This document shows positions 49,339 through 61,475 of a stretch of 64,000 nucleotides of DNA, piece by piece. Under the pieces are notes generated by a model. That model saw only the letters and a program-made list of their open reading frames with translations. It did not search any database and was not told where the DNA came from. The DNA comes from Vulcanimicrobiota bacterium. GTDB lineage: Bacteria > Vulcanimicrobiota > Vulcanimicrobiia > Vulcanimicrobiales > Vulcanimicrobiaceae. Every line of letters begins with the position of its first letter. The stretch's first letter is position 1. Position numbers and translations under genes: made by a program. The DNA is taken from positions 192,001-256,000 of the forward strand of contig CAWETW010000001.1 of NCBI GenBank assembly GCA_963812155.1, read 5' to 3'.

Positions 49339-49746
49339 ATGAAAATCGCCAGCATAGCCGCGCTGCTCGCGGCTCTCACCATGCCGGTTGCCGTGTCCGC
49401 CCAAGTGACGCAAGCTCCGGCCCAGCAGACCCAACGACAGACGAATCAAGCGGCCCGCGAATATAAACGCTGGACGAAGCGGCTCTCCGGTATTAATCTT
49501 TCGGCGCAACAGCAACAACAGGTTCAGCACCTGCTCGATCAGTTCGCCACGTCGCATCCCGCGGGAAGCCCGCGCGACCACGCGGGATCGCGCGCTCTGC
49601 ACGAGCAGATCCTCAGCATCCTGACGCCCGCTCAGCAGCAGCAGCTTACGCAACAGATGCAAGCGCAGAAAGCTCAGCACGAGCAGCGGCGGGGACAAGA
49701 GGGAGAACCGCAAGGCCCGCAGGCCCCGCCGCCTCCACTTCGCTAA
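49339..49746 (+). CDS. Secreted Gln-rich protein, Spy/CpxP-like
   Basis: Signal peptide, 'INLSAQQ' and 'ILTPAQQ' LTxxQ-like motifs. Confidence 0.65.
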   Translation: MKIASIAALLAALTMPVAVSAQVTQAPAQQTQRQTNQAAREYKRWTKRLSGINLSAQQQQQVQHLLDQFATSHPAGSPRDHAGSRALHEQILSILTPAQQQQLTQQMQAQKAQHEQRRGQEGEPQGPQAPPPPLR

Positions 49747-50252
49747 CGACGGCTCACTAACGTCAATTCGACTGCGCCTTCGACCGTTCGAAGGCGCAGT
49801 TTTGTGAGGTCGGCGACTGCGAACGTCGCGGTTCGCGCAAGATTCGTTCGTCCGTAGAGCACCGCAACGACGTCCATTCCCGCGGCAAGCGCAGATGCAA
49901 TGCCGGCTGCCGTATCTTCGATCGCGAGCGTGCGTTCGGGCTCGACCTGCAGCCGTTGCGACGCCAGTAGGTACCCATCGGGCGCCGGCTTATTCCGCGC
50001 AACGTCCGACCCCGTAACGAGAACCGGCGGACGCGGCAACTTCGCCATCGCGATCAGCCGTTCGGCCAAGTCCGCGCCGGCAGAGGTGACGATTCCCCAC
50101 TTCGCACCGTCGCATTCGGCCAGACGCTCCGGCGCTCCGGGCGTCGCGGCTGCGGCTTGGTCGATCAGCGTCCCGTAGAGATCGAAGAGCACCGCATGAT
50201 AGCGGAAGCTCGCCGGGGTATGATGCGAACTGGGGAGATGCGGATCAGCCAT
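49743..50252 (-). CDS. HAD-IA family phosphatase (start uncertain)
   Basis: 'AVLFDLYGTL', 'GIVTS', 'KPAPDGY', 'IEDT'. Confidence 0.85.
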   Translation of the reverse strand: MADPHLPSSHHTPASFRYHAVLFDLYGTLIDQAAAATPGAPERLAECDGAKWGIVTSAGADLAERLIAMAKLPRPPVLVTGSDVARNKPAPDGYLLASQRLQVEPERTLAIEDTAAGIASALAAGMDVVAVLYGRTNLARTATFAVADLTKLRLRTVEGAVELTLVSRR

Positions 50253-51504
50253 GATCGTAACGCTCGTTAGACCTTCCATCGCAGGCGCGGCGGCTCTTGC
50301 CGCGTTGGCGACGATATCGTGGTCGAGCACCGGCTCGGCCGTCTCCGCCGAACGATCCGATGTGACCGTGCCCGCCGGTTTTCGCGTCGAGATTGCGGCG
50401 CGCGTACCCGGCGCCCGCGAGCTGGCAGTCTTGCCCGACGGCGACCTCATCGTCGGAACCCACGACGCCGACGTCTATATCGTTCCGGATGCCGAAGCGG
50501 CCACTCCGGCACAAGCCTCCGTATACGCTACTGCGCCCGAAGGCGCGGCCGCCGGCGTCGCGTTTTCGCAGCGAACCAGCGAGATTTACATCGCCACCGA
50601 ACACGCCGTCTTTGCAACGCGCTACGCACCGGGACGGCGCAAGGCGACCGAGTTGCGCAAAATCGCTTCCGTTCGTTCGGGACTGGTCGCGCCTCACAGC
50701 GACGGCGACGTGCATACGACGACGTCGGTAGCGGTCTCCGAGCGCTCAAATACGCTTTACGTTGCGGTAGGCTCGTCGTGTAACGCCTGCGTCGAAACCG
50801 ACGCGACGCGCGCGTCGATCTTCTCGATGAAGCTTCCGGACGGTCCGCTCGTCAAACGTGCGACGCGTATTCGCAACGCGATAGCGCTCGCGGTCGACTC
50901 CGCCGGCGACGCACTCTGGGCGGGCGACGCCGGCCAGGACGATCTGCCGTTCGGTCATCCCTACGAGTTTCTCGACGATGTGTCGCTTCACCAAGGCGTT
51001 GCCGATTACGGCTGGCCGCAGTGCGAAGAAAATCGCAGGGCGTACGTTGCCGGTGCGGATTGCGCGAAAACCGTCGCGCCGCTGGTCGAGCTTCCCGCGT
51101 ACTCGACGATCATCGGGGTGGTCTTCTATCCCGAGCAGTCTCGAGGGCGCTACGCATTTCCGAGCGCGTATCGCGGCACGCTTTTTGCCGCGGCACACGG
51201 CTCGTGGCATCGCGCTGAGAACGGCGGTTATGCCGCAATGCCGCAAGTGGTCTCGGTCGCGATGCGTGACGGCCGTCCGGTGACGGCCGTCGATTGGCAA
51301 AATCCAAGCGCTCAGTGGCGCACGTTCGTCGGCGGATTTCAGGGTAGCAGCGAAATGCACCGTAACGGGAGGCCTACCGGACTTGCGATCGGCATGGAAG
51401 GCAGTCTCTTCGTGGCCGACGATTCCAACGGCGTGATTTATCGCGTACGTCCGCTGCAAAAGCAAAAGCCCGTCGCGTTGTGCGACGGGCCTTGCGGTTC
51501 ATAA
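50251..51504 (+). CDS. Glucose/sorbosone dehydrogenase-like beta-propeller, secreted
   Basis: 'VPAGFRV', 'LYVAVGSSCNAC', 'IRNA', 'DYGWP.C', 'AHGSW', 'GRPTGL...GSLFVADD'. Confidence 0.8.
   Translation: MIVTLVRPSIAGAAALAALATISWSSTGSAVSAERSDVTVPAGFRVEIAARVPGARELAVLPDGDLIVGTHDADVYIVPDAEAATPAQASVYATAPEGAAAGVAFSQRTSEIYIATEHAVFATRYAPGRRKATELRKIASVRSGLVAPHSDGDVHTTTSVAVSERSNTLYVAVGSSCNACVETDATRASIFSMKLPDGPLVKRATRIRNAIALAVDSAGDALWAGDAGQDDLPFGHPYEFLDDVSLHQGVADYGWPQCEENRRAYVAGADCAKTVAPLVELPAYSTIIGVVFYPEQSRGRYAFPSAYRGTLFAAAHGSWHRAENGGYAAMPQVVSVAMRDGRPVTAVDWQNPSAQWRTFVGGFQGSSEMHRNGRPTGLAIGMEGSLFVADDSNGVIYRVRPLQKQKPVALCDGPCGS
51458..51490 (-). terminator. Rho-independent terminator of the rRNA operon
   Basis: GCCCGTCGC/GCGACGGGC stem followed by TTTTGCTTTT on the minus strand. 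Confidence 0.8.
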
Positions 51505-51621
51505 TCTGGCGTCGACCTACTTTCGAGGGACCCTGCGGTCCGACTATCATCGGCGCTGGCGGGCTTAACTGCCGTGTTCGGGATGGGAACGGGTGGGACC
51601 CCGCCGCCATGGACGCCAGAA
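51505..51621 (-). rRNA. rrf: 5S rRNA
   Basis: CACCCGTTCCCATCCCGAACACGG..GTTAAGC..CGCCGATGATAGT; terminal TCTGGCGTC/GACGCCAGA stem. Confidence 0.95.
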
Positions 51622-52047
51622 ACTTTGTTGGGGTCCCCAGCCGGCGCGAGCCGGTTGGGGCCTCAAACGTTGATCCCCGTCGCGATGGCGAGCCGGAGCT
51701 CCAGCCGATCGCGCCGGGAAAACTGTACGGAAAAGAACCTTCAGTGCCGCCATAAGCGGTGCGTAGTATTTATCAAAATTTCCGAGCGATTAGTACCGGT
51801 CAGCTCCACACCTTACGGTGCTTCTACCTCCGGCCTATCAACGTGGTGGTCTACCACGACTCTTCACCCTTACGGGATTGAGATCTCATCTTGGAGTCAG
51901 TTTCACGCTTATATGCTTTCAGCGTTTATCTGATCCGAACGTAGCTACCCGGCTATGCTCCTGGCGGAACAACCGGTTCACCAGAGGTTCGTTCGACCCG
52001 GTCCTCTCGTACTAGGGTCCACACTCCTCAAATCTCCTACGCCCACA

Positions 52048-52088
<41 letters not shown>

Positions 52089-52096
52089 ATCGCGTA

Positions 52097-52132
<36 letters not shown>

Positions 52133-52166
52133 AACTACAGCCCCAGGATGCGACGATCCGACATCG

Positions 52167-52466
52167 CGCGTGTCTCCATCGTTACCGATGGCGCAGACTA
52201 TATCTTCATCCTGCTCGGGCATTTGCTCGAGCGAGGAGCCGGCGTATTATGGCGGTCGTAGATTTACTCGAAACAACGAGTAGTGACTCACCATCTCGTC
52301 GCTCCACGTAGTGGAAGCGACTCAGTCGTTACGGGGTCAGACGGCATGATTGCGCGTCAGACTTCCCACGGTATTGTCCTCGGCCTCAGTCCACGAGTCC
52401 GATCGGAGTTCACCGTTATAAGCCGGAACTTTAAATGATGTTTCCATCATTTCACCCCTAATGTTG
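52167..52466 (-). ncRNA. Group I intron (IA-like, ORF-less) in 23S rRNA after U2500 (E. coli numbering)
   Basis: 300 nt splitting GGCACCU|CGAUGU; exon ends in U, intron ends in G; P1 CACCU/GGGUG; P AACGGUGAA, Q AAUACCGUG, R GUAACGACUG, S AAGAUAUAGUC. Confidence 0.92.
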
Positions 52467-52493
52467 AGGTGCCAAACCTCCCCGTCGATGTGG

Positions 52494-52529
<36 letters not shown>

Positions 52530-52543
52530 GCTTTTATCCGATA

Positions 52544-52579
<36 letters not shown>

Positions 52580-52669
52580 TAGCCCTGCTTTCGCACCTGC
52601 TCGACTTGTACGTCTCGCAGTCAAGCTCCCTTATGCCTATGCACTCTGTACGAACGGTTTCTGACCGTC

Positions 52670-52737
<68 letters not shown>

Positions 52738-52996
52738 ACCATGTCCTACCGACCAGATAATGGCGGCTAGTTAGAATCCCAAGATTATCAGGGTGGTATC
52801 CCAACGTTGCCTCCCCAACGACTAGCGCCGCTGGATCATCGGCTCCCACCTATCCTGTACAGACAATCTCAAAACCCAAGATCAGGATACAGTAAAGCTT
52901 CACGGGGTCTTTCCGTCCTGCTGCGGGTAACCAGCATCTTCACTGGTACTGCAATTTCGCCGAGATCCCCATTGAGACAGCGTCCAAGTCGTTACT

Positions 52997-53048
<52 letters not shown>

Positions 53049-53552
53049 GGTTATAGTTACCGCCGCCGTTTACTGGGGCTTCAGATCAAAGCTTCGCTTG
53101 CGCTAACCTCTCCCTTTAACCTTCCAGCACCGGGCAGGAGTCAGCCCCTATACGTCCGCTTTCGCGTTCGCAGAGACCTGTGTTTTTGTTAAACAGTCGC
53201 TTGGACCTATTTTGTGCCGCCTTCCTCAGCTTTCGACGCGAAGTCTAGACCAAAGAAGGCACCCCTTCTCCCTAAGTTACGGGGTCAATTTGCCGAGTTC
53301 CTTAACAGGGATTCTCTCGTCGCCTTAGCATGCTCTGCCAGTCTACCAGTGTCGGTGTGCGGTACGGGCACCTACGATCCTTCCTAGAGGCTTTTCTTGG
53401 CAGCGTGGAGTCAGTCACTTCGGCTCCGAAGAGCCTCGCATTCGCTTCTCGGCGTTACGTGTTGCGGATTTACCTACAACACCGCCTAACGGCTTAGACG
53501 CGCACATCCAATGGCGCGCTGACCTATCCTCCTGCGTCACCCCATCGGTTCA

Positions 53553-53735
53553 TAGACTCTGATAGGCGGTATTAGACGTCGCGGGTCCTTTTGACGATCG
53601 CGTCGTCGCGCTTCGGTTACGATCCATATAGATCGCTCCCTCAACGCTCCTAGCGCTCGCGCAAGAAGTCCTCGCGAGGAGCAAGCTCCTGCGAGGCTGA
53701 CCGTTACGATTTCTGACACTGTCTAACGGAGTCTA
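53553..53735 (-). other. 183-nt intervening sequence/expansion in 23S domain III with a 24-bp terminal inverted repeat
   Basis: Non-rRNA sequence between CCCCATCGGTTCA and AACGGTCGTCGGTGG, bounded by TAGACTC...GAGTCTA. Confidence 0.8.
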
Positions 53736-54666
53736 AACGGTCGTCGGTGGTAGCAGAATATGAACTGCTTGTGCATCGCCTACGCTTCTCAGCCTCGGCT
53801 TAGCTCCCGACTCACCCTGAGACGATTGACGTTGCTCAGGAAACCTTAGACTTCCGGCGTGCGGGGTTCTCACCCGCATTTCTCGCTACTTATACCTGCA
53901 TTCGCACTTGTGGGTCGTCCACGCGTCCTTACGGTCGCGCTTCAGCCTACACCACAACGCTCCCCTACCGATTAGTTTACTAATCCCAAAGCTTCGGTTC
54001 GATGCTTGAGCCCCGTTGACATTTTCGGCGCCCCATCACTCGACTAGTGAGCTATTACGCACTCTTTCAAGGGTGGCTGCTTCTAAGCCAACCTCCTAGT
54101 TGTCTAAGCGACAAGACTTCCTTTACCACTGAGCATCGATTAGGGACCTTAGCTGTTGATCTGGGCTGTTTCCCTTTTGACCATGGAGCTTATCCCCCAC
54201 AGTCTGACTGCTATGCGGTTCGCCGCGGTATTCGGAGTTTGATTGGGTTCGGTAGTCTGGTAAGACCCCTAGCCCTGTCAGTGCTCTACCCCCGCGGGTT
54301 AACACATAACGCTAGTCCTAAAACTATTTCGGGGAGAACCAGCTATCTCCGAGCTCGATTGGCTTTTCACCCCTATCCACAAGTCATCCAATGTTTTTTC
54401 AACAACAACAGGTTCGGGCCTCCACATGAGTTTAATCATGCTTCACCCTGCTCATGGATAGATCGCTCGGTTTCGGGTCTACTGCAACGGACAAACGCCC
54501 TATTCAGACTCGCTTTCGCTACGGCTCCGGTTCAACACCTTAACCAAGCCCGTTACAAGTAACTCGCAGGTTCATTCTTCAATAGGCACGCGATCAGCCT
54601 TGCTTGCGCATGGGCCTTTCACGGTTTGTAGGCACGCGGTTTCATGTTCTATTTCACTCCCCTCCC

Positions 54667-54700
<34 letters not shown>

Positions 54701-55700
54701 TCACTATCGGTCTCCACAGAATATTTAGCCTTGGAAGATGGTCCTCCCAGTTTCAGACAGGGTTTCTCGTGCCCCGCCCTACTCACGGATAACGCCGCGA
54801 GATCGATGGCTTTCGTCTACAGGACTTTCACCTTCTATGGTGCGGCTTTCCAGCCGGCTTCTACTAGCTATCGATTTTCTTACTCGCGCTCGGATAATCA
54901 GCTCCGAGACGGCTACCGTACAACCCCGCTCGTGCAACGCCTGAATGCTTGCACACGAACGGTTTAGGCTGTTCCCAGTTCGCTCGCCACTACTACGGGA
55001 ATCTCGTTTGATGTCTGTTCCTCCGGCTACTTAGATGTTTCAGTTCACCGGGTGCGCTCACTCGCGACTATTGAATTCATCGCGGTGTCCATGCCCATGA
55101 CGGCATGGGGGTTGCCCCATTCGGATATCGCCGGATCATCGCTTCTTAGCAGCTCCCCGACGCTTTTCGCAGCTTGGCACGTCCTTCATCGCCTGTGGAA
55201 CCAAGGTATCCACCTGCATGCCCTTATTTCATTTTGATTTGATACGCAAAATTGCACCATCGTTCACCGCGGCTCTTCGCACTAGGCTCAGAGTGTCACG
55301 GTTGTGATGGCCGCTTCATGTGTTGCGACACATGAAGGTTCTTTTCCATACAGTTTTCAAAGATCTCTCTCGCGGCGGCTCGCGTCGTTGCCGTCACGGC
55401 TCGTGTACCGTAGCACACTTCGCCGGCCGGCGCCTTGCGATCCATCCGCGATTCTCGAGGGTCGTTCCCTCAAAGCTGAACAGTGCAGCACCTTTTGGTA
55501 TTTCTACCTCGGTAGACCCCCATTGCGGGAGCCGCGCATTCGAAAACGGTGTCGATTACCGTTCGCGGCCACGCTCGCCTCCGGCCCTACGGTCGGGTTG
55601 ACCGATGAGGCTCCTTGGCGTTTGGTGGCATAAGTCTGTGGTCGACTTAGGTAGGTACGCCGGCGCACGCGTGAAAGTTCACGCGCCGTCGACATGTACT

Positions 55701-57207
<1,507 letters not shown>

Positions 57208-57487
57208 AAACTCTATGGAAAGCCAATCAAGGCTCTCTAATTTCGCGCGCCGTTTCAGAACCGTTTGCGACTCGGTTCGCATCCCGAAGGATGCCGGCAG
57301 AATTGTACGTTCTCGCGATTCTCAAAGACATTGCCAGAATCGACCTTGTCTTAGAGGTCGGAGACCCACAGACTATTTGCGCTGCTGCACTGTTCAGTTT
57401 TCAAGGAGCGAACCTAAGCGGCCGGGTCTGTCGCACGCGTATCTTGTCGACCGCGTTTTGCGCCCGGCGGCTAGAGTCACGAAGGCT

Positions 57488-57516
57488 ATCTTATCGCCGG
57501 GGTCCCGGCGTGTCAA
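57488..57516 (-). promoter_or_regulatory. rRNA operon promoter
   Basis: TTGACA-N17-TAAGAT; boxA-like CTTGAAAACTG at about 57395-57405 and again in the ITS (about 55351-55361). Confidence 0.8.
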
Positions 57517-57645
57517 GGAAAGCTGCCGTATTAGGCCCCATCGGGGACTGACCGCTTCGCACGGGCGGCCGGCCTTCAGGCGCCGCCCTCTACCTTTCCT
57601 GAAACCGGCTCGCGACCGGTTGGTTGCAGCCAGCCCCGGCGAGCG

Positions 57646-59211
57646 TCAGACTTTTCGCGAAATCGTCTTTGCCTGCATGAACAACAACAGGTAGTCGGGG
57701 CCGCCGGCTTTGCTGTCGGTGCCGGACATGTTGAAGCCGCCGAAGGGATGGGCGCCCACCATCGCCCCCGTGCTCTTTCTATTGAAGTACAGGTTGCCGA
57801 CGAAGAACTCGTCGCGCGCCCGCGCGATTTTGCGTTCGTCGCTGGTGTAGAGGGAGCCGGTGAGACCGAACTCGGTGTTGTTCGCGATCGTCATCGCGTC
57901 ATCGAAATCTTTGGCCTTGATGACGGCGAGCACGGGACCGAATATTTCCTCTTGTGCGATCGTTGCATCGGGCGCGACGTCCGCGATGACCGTTGGTTGA
58001 AGAAAGAAGCCGACGTTCCCGACGCGCTCGCCGCCCGCGACGAGACGTCCCTCGGACTTCCCCTTTTCAATGTAGCGCGATATGGACTCGAGCGCGCTCT
58101 GGTTCACGACCGGTCCCATGTAGTTCGCGGGATCGGCCGGATCGCCGACCACAATCGTTGCGACGCGCGCGCGAAGCTTCTCCACAAACGTGTCGTATAT
58201 CGGCGCTTCGACGACGGCGCGCGAACACGCCGAGCACTTTTGTCCTTGAAACCCGAACGCCGACGCGGCAACGCCTTCGACGGCTGCGTCGAGATCGGCG
58301 TCGGCGGCGACGACGATCGAATCCTTACCGCCCATCTCCGCAACGACGCGCTTGATCCACTTTTGGCCGGCTTGCGGTTTGGCGGCGAGTTCGTTGATGT
58401 GCAGTCCGACTTCTTTCGAGCCGGTAAACGAAATGAAGCGCACGAGCGGATGCGACACGATGAGATCGCCGATCGTGCCCCCGGATCCAGGAACGAAGTT
58501 TACGACGCCGTCGGGCACGCCCGCTTCGCGCAGCAAGTCGACGAACCACGCCGCAATAATCGCCGCATCGCTCGAAGGTTTGAGCACGACCGTATTACCG
58601 GCGACGATTGCCGCGGCCGTCATTCCGGCCATGATCGCGCCGGCAAAATTCCACGGCGGGATGACGGCGCCGACGCCCAACGGGATGTAAATCATCTCGT
58701 TGCGCTCGCCTTCGAACGGCACGATGGGATGCGGGCGCGCGTAGCGCAACGCTTCGCGCGCGTAGAACTCCAGAAAGTCGATCGCTTCGGCGATGTCACC
58801 ATCGGCTTCGGGCCAACTCTTGCCGACTTCGTACACGAGGAGCGCGTCGTACTCGAATCGCCGGCGGCGAAGCAACTCGGCAGCTTTAAAAATATACGCT
58901 GCCCGGTCCTCGAGCGTCAGCCGTTTCCACGACTCGAACGCGCGCGCCGCCGCCTCGATGGCTTGGGCAGCTTGTTCTTTCGACGCCGAACTCGTGAGGC
59001 CGACGACCTGCGACGGGTCGGCCGGGTTCAGCGACCGGATCTTGGCGTCGGTTTCGATGCGTTTTCCGCCGATGACGAGGGGATAGTGTTTGCCGAAGCC
59101 TGCTCTGACCGAGTCGAGCGCGGCGCGCATCGCCGCCGCATCGGCGGGGTCGCTGAAGTCCTTGACGATTTCGTTTTTGAAGGGCGCGGTGCGCTCGAGC
59201 GTCGTGGTCAT
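57646..59211 (-). CDS. pruA: 1-pyrroline-5-carboxylate dehydrogenase
   Basis: 'PFKNE', 'EAIDFLEFY', 'PPWNF', 'FTGS', 'AEMGGKD', 'FQGQKCSAC', 'EEIFGP', 'SGTDSKAGGPDY'. Confidence 0.93.
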   Translation of the reverse strand: MTTTLERTAPFKNEIVKDFSDPADAAAMRAALDSVRAGFGKHYPLVIGGKRIETDAKIRSLNPADPSQVVGLTSSASKEQAAQAIEAAARAFESWKRLTLEDRAAYIFKAAELLRRRRFEYDALLVYEVGKSWPEADGDIAEAIDFLEFYAREALRYARPHPIVPFEGERNEMIYIPLGVGAVIPPWNFAGAIMAGMTAAAIVAGNTVVLKPSSDAAIIAAWFVDLLREAGVPDGVVNFVPGSGGTIGDLIVSHPLVRFISFTGSKEVGLHINELAAKPQAGQKWIKRVVAEMGGKDSIVVAADADLDAAVEGVAASAFGFQGQKCSACSRAVVEAPIYDTFVEKLRARVATIVVGDPADPANYMGPVVNQSALESISRYIEKGKSEGRLVAGGERVGNVGFFLQPTVIADVAPDATIAQEEIFGPVLAVIKAKDFDDAMTIANNTEFGLTGSLYTSDERKIARARDEFFVGNLYFNRKSTGAMVGAHPFGGFNMSGTDSKAGGPDYLLLFMQAKTISRKV

Positions 59212-59304
59212 GCTTGCGTAGTACCAGGGCCGCCACCGGGCCTCCTCGCGGGGGACACGCGCCGCCGTCGTGGCGAAATGGACGTGCGTGAATTCCAGCA
59301 CTGA

Positions 59305-59670
59305 ATGCTCGTGCGCCAACTGATCGCCGTCGCCGTCGCCTCGGTCTTTCTCGGCGTCGGCCTTGCGGGCGAACCGCTGCTGCCGTTGCGCGCGTTGCTC
59401 GCCGGCATTCTAGTCGTCGGAACGGCGTTGCTGCTGGGCAGGCGCGCGTCGCCGCTACTCGTTTTCTTCATCGGATTTTTCGGCGTCGTGGTGACGCACG
59501 TCCTACAGGACCAGGACCCGTATCTGCTCGGTACCGGCGTTGTCGCGCTGGCGCTGGGCGCGCTGGCCGCTTCCTCGTACGGACGCCGACAGGCGCCCGC
59601 ATTTCTCATCGTGCTCGGAGCGGTCGTTGGCGCAGGCCTCTTCTTCGGGGGCGTTCCGGCGGGCTATTAG
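59305..59670 (+). CDS. Small membrane protein
   Basis: 121 aa, four to five hydrophobic segments. Confidence 0.6.
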   Translation: MLVRQLIAVAVASVFLGVGLAGEPLLPLRALLAGILVVGTALLLGRRASPLLVFFIGFFGVVVTHVLQDQDPYLLGTGVVALALGALAASSYGRRQAPAFLIVLGAVVGAGLFFGGVPAGY

Positions 59671-60036
59671 TCACGCATGTCGCGCGACGCGGCCGCCCAC
59701 TGCGACGCCCAGCGCGGCGACGACGAAGCAGAGCGCGGCCGTCATGACGGTCGAACCGATGGCCTCGCGTCCCGCTTGATTCGGCGCAATCCACGCCCCG
59801 ACGTGCGATGCGACGAACGTTCCGATGGTCGCGTCGGCAATCACCGCAATCGCCACCGCAACGAGCGCACGCGGCCAGCGCAAACGCTGACCCGCTATGA
59901 TGCCGTAGGCTGCGAACAAGATGACCGCCAGCAACGCAAACTGTCCGTAGTTGAAGGCGAACGCGCGCGCGATGGCGGCCGCAACCGCGTCGAAGGCGAC
60001 CGCGACGGCCGAGAAAAGCAACGCCAGTCTCAGCAT
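59671..60036 (-). CDS. Small membrane protein
   Basis: 121 aa, four hydrophobic segments, directly downstream of rplQ. Confidence 0.6.
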   Translation of the reverse strand: MLRLALLFSAVAVAFDAVAAAIARAFAFNYGQFALLAVILFAAYGIIAGQRLRWPRALVAVAIAVIADATIGTFVASHVGAWIAPNQAGREAIGSTVMTAALCFVVAALGVAVGGRVARHA

Positions 60037-60057
60037 GCGCGCGCTTCTAGGGAACCT

Positions 60058-60411
60058 TTACTTCACCAGTTCGATCAGCGAAAGTTCGGCCGCATCGCCG
60101 GGCCGGACCCGCGTTTTCGTAACGCGGGTGTAGCCGCCGCTGCGACCCTTCAAGGCCGGTGCGATCTGCTCGACGAGTTTTTTGACGACGGCCGGTTCGG
60201 TGATGAACTCGGCGAGGTTGCGGCGCGCCGCCAGATCGCCGGCTAGCGCGGCGGTGATCAAGCGCTCTATGACCGGACCGATCTCCTTGGCCTTGGCCGA
60301 CGTCGTTTCAATCTTCTCGTGTTTGAAGAACGACGTTGCAAGATTGCGAAGGAGCGCCTTGCGGTGTCCGTCGGTACGCGAGAGCCGTTTGTAGGCGATA
60401 TTGTGCGGCAT
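60058..60411 (-). CDS. rplQ: 50S ribosomal protein L17
   Basis: 'HRKALLRNL', 'IETT.AKAKE', 'R.GGYTR', 'R.GD.A'. Confidence 0.97.
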   Translation of the reverse strand: MPHNIAYKRLSRTDGHRKALLRNLATSFFKHEKIETTSAKAKEIGPVIERLITAALAGDLAARRNLAEFITEPAVVKKLVEQIAPALKGRSGGYTRVTKTRVRPGDAAELSLIELVK

Positions 60412-60422
60412 GTCGTCAATCG

Positions 60423-61349
60423 CTACGATAGACGCAGCGACAGCCCCCTCTCCGTAAGCACCTGTTTGATTTCGTCCAGCGACTTCTTTCCGAAGTTGCG
60501 CATCTTCATAATCTCGTCCTCGGTGAGATCGAGCAGTTCGGAGACCTTCGAGATGCCGGCGCGCTTGAGGCAGTTGAACGAACGAACCGAGAGATTCAGC
60601 GTTTCAACCGGCACGTCCCATTCGTTGGGCGGCGCCTCGGGAAGCGGTTCGGCGCGGTTGGTGAACGAGACGAACAGGTCCATTTGCTCCTGGACGATCT
60701 GCGCCGCGGTCGAGAGCGCCTCTTCGGGCGTCACCGAACCGTTCGTTTCGATTTCGACGGTGAGCCGGTCGAAATCCACGCTTTGTCCGACGCGCGTGTC
60801 GTCGACCGTGAAGTTCACCTTGCGAATCGGCGAAAACATCGAGTCGAGCGGAATCAATCCGATCATGTGCTCGATGTTCCGCTGGCGGTCGGCCATCACG
60901 TAGCCGCGACCCTTTTCGACGCCGATTTCCATCGAAAGCTTGGCGTCTTTTGCCGAGAGCGTTGCAAGCCGATACGCCGGGTCGAGAATCTCGACGTCGG
61001 CGTCGGGAGCGATGTCGCCGGCCGTCACGTCGCGAGCTCCGCCCGCGTTGAGCATCAGCACCTTGGGTTCGTCGGTATTCAACTTCACCGGCAAACCCTT
61101 GAGATTGAGCATTAGCGCGATCGTATCTTCCACCATACCGGGGATGGTAGAAAACTCGTGCAGCACGCCGTCGATCTTCATGTACGTAACGGCCGCACCC
61201 GGGATCGAACTAAGCAGCACGCGCCGCAGCGCGTTGCCGAGCGTAATGCCGAATCCGCGCTCGAGGGGCTCGATCACGAACTTCGCGTAGTGATCGCGCC
61301 GTTCGCGAACTTCGATCGTCGCGCCGGCGGGCGCTTCCAGAATAGTCAT
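60423..61349 (-). CDS. rpoA: RNA polymerase alpha subunit
   Basis: 'EPLERGFGITLGNALRRVLLSS', 'LSVRSFNCLKRAGI', 'NFGKKS'. Confidence 0.98.
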   Translation of the reverse strand: MTILEAPAGATIEVRERRDHYAKFVIEPLERGFGITLGNALRRVLLSSIPGAAVTYMKIDGVLHEFSTIPGMVEDTIALMLNLKGLPVKLNTDEPKVLMLNAGGARDVTAGDIAPDADVEILDPAYRLATLSAKDAKLSMEIGVEKGRGYVMADRQRNIEHMIGLIPLDSMFSPIRKVNFTVDDTRVGQSVDFDRLTVEIETNGSVTPEEALSTAAQIVQEQMDLFVSFTNRAEPLPEAPPNEWDVPVETLNLSVRSFNCLKRAGISKVSELLDLTEDEIMKMRNFGKKSLDEIKQVLTERGLSLRLS

Positions 61350-61475
61350 TGAGAAGAGTCGTCCTTTGTAACCGCTTGCGTTATCCGCCCGAGTCCTCTG
61401 ACTCGAACGATCGTACGTCTAGCAGCAGAGATGAGGAAGCGCTGAATAAATCAGACCTTCCTTAGTTGTGCGTCC

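Noticed and set aside
53710..53740. GTTAGAC/GTCTAAC as an integron attC site
   Set aside because: The core boxes are not in attC order and there is no cassette or integrase
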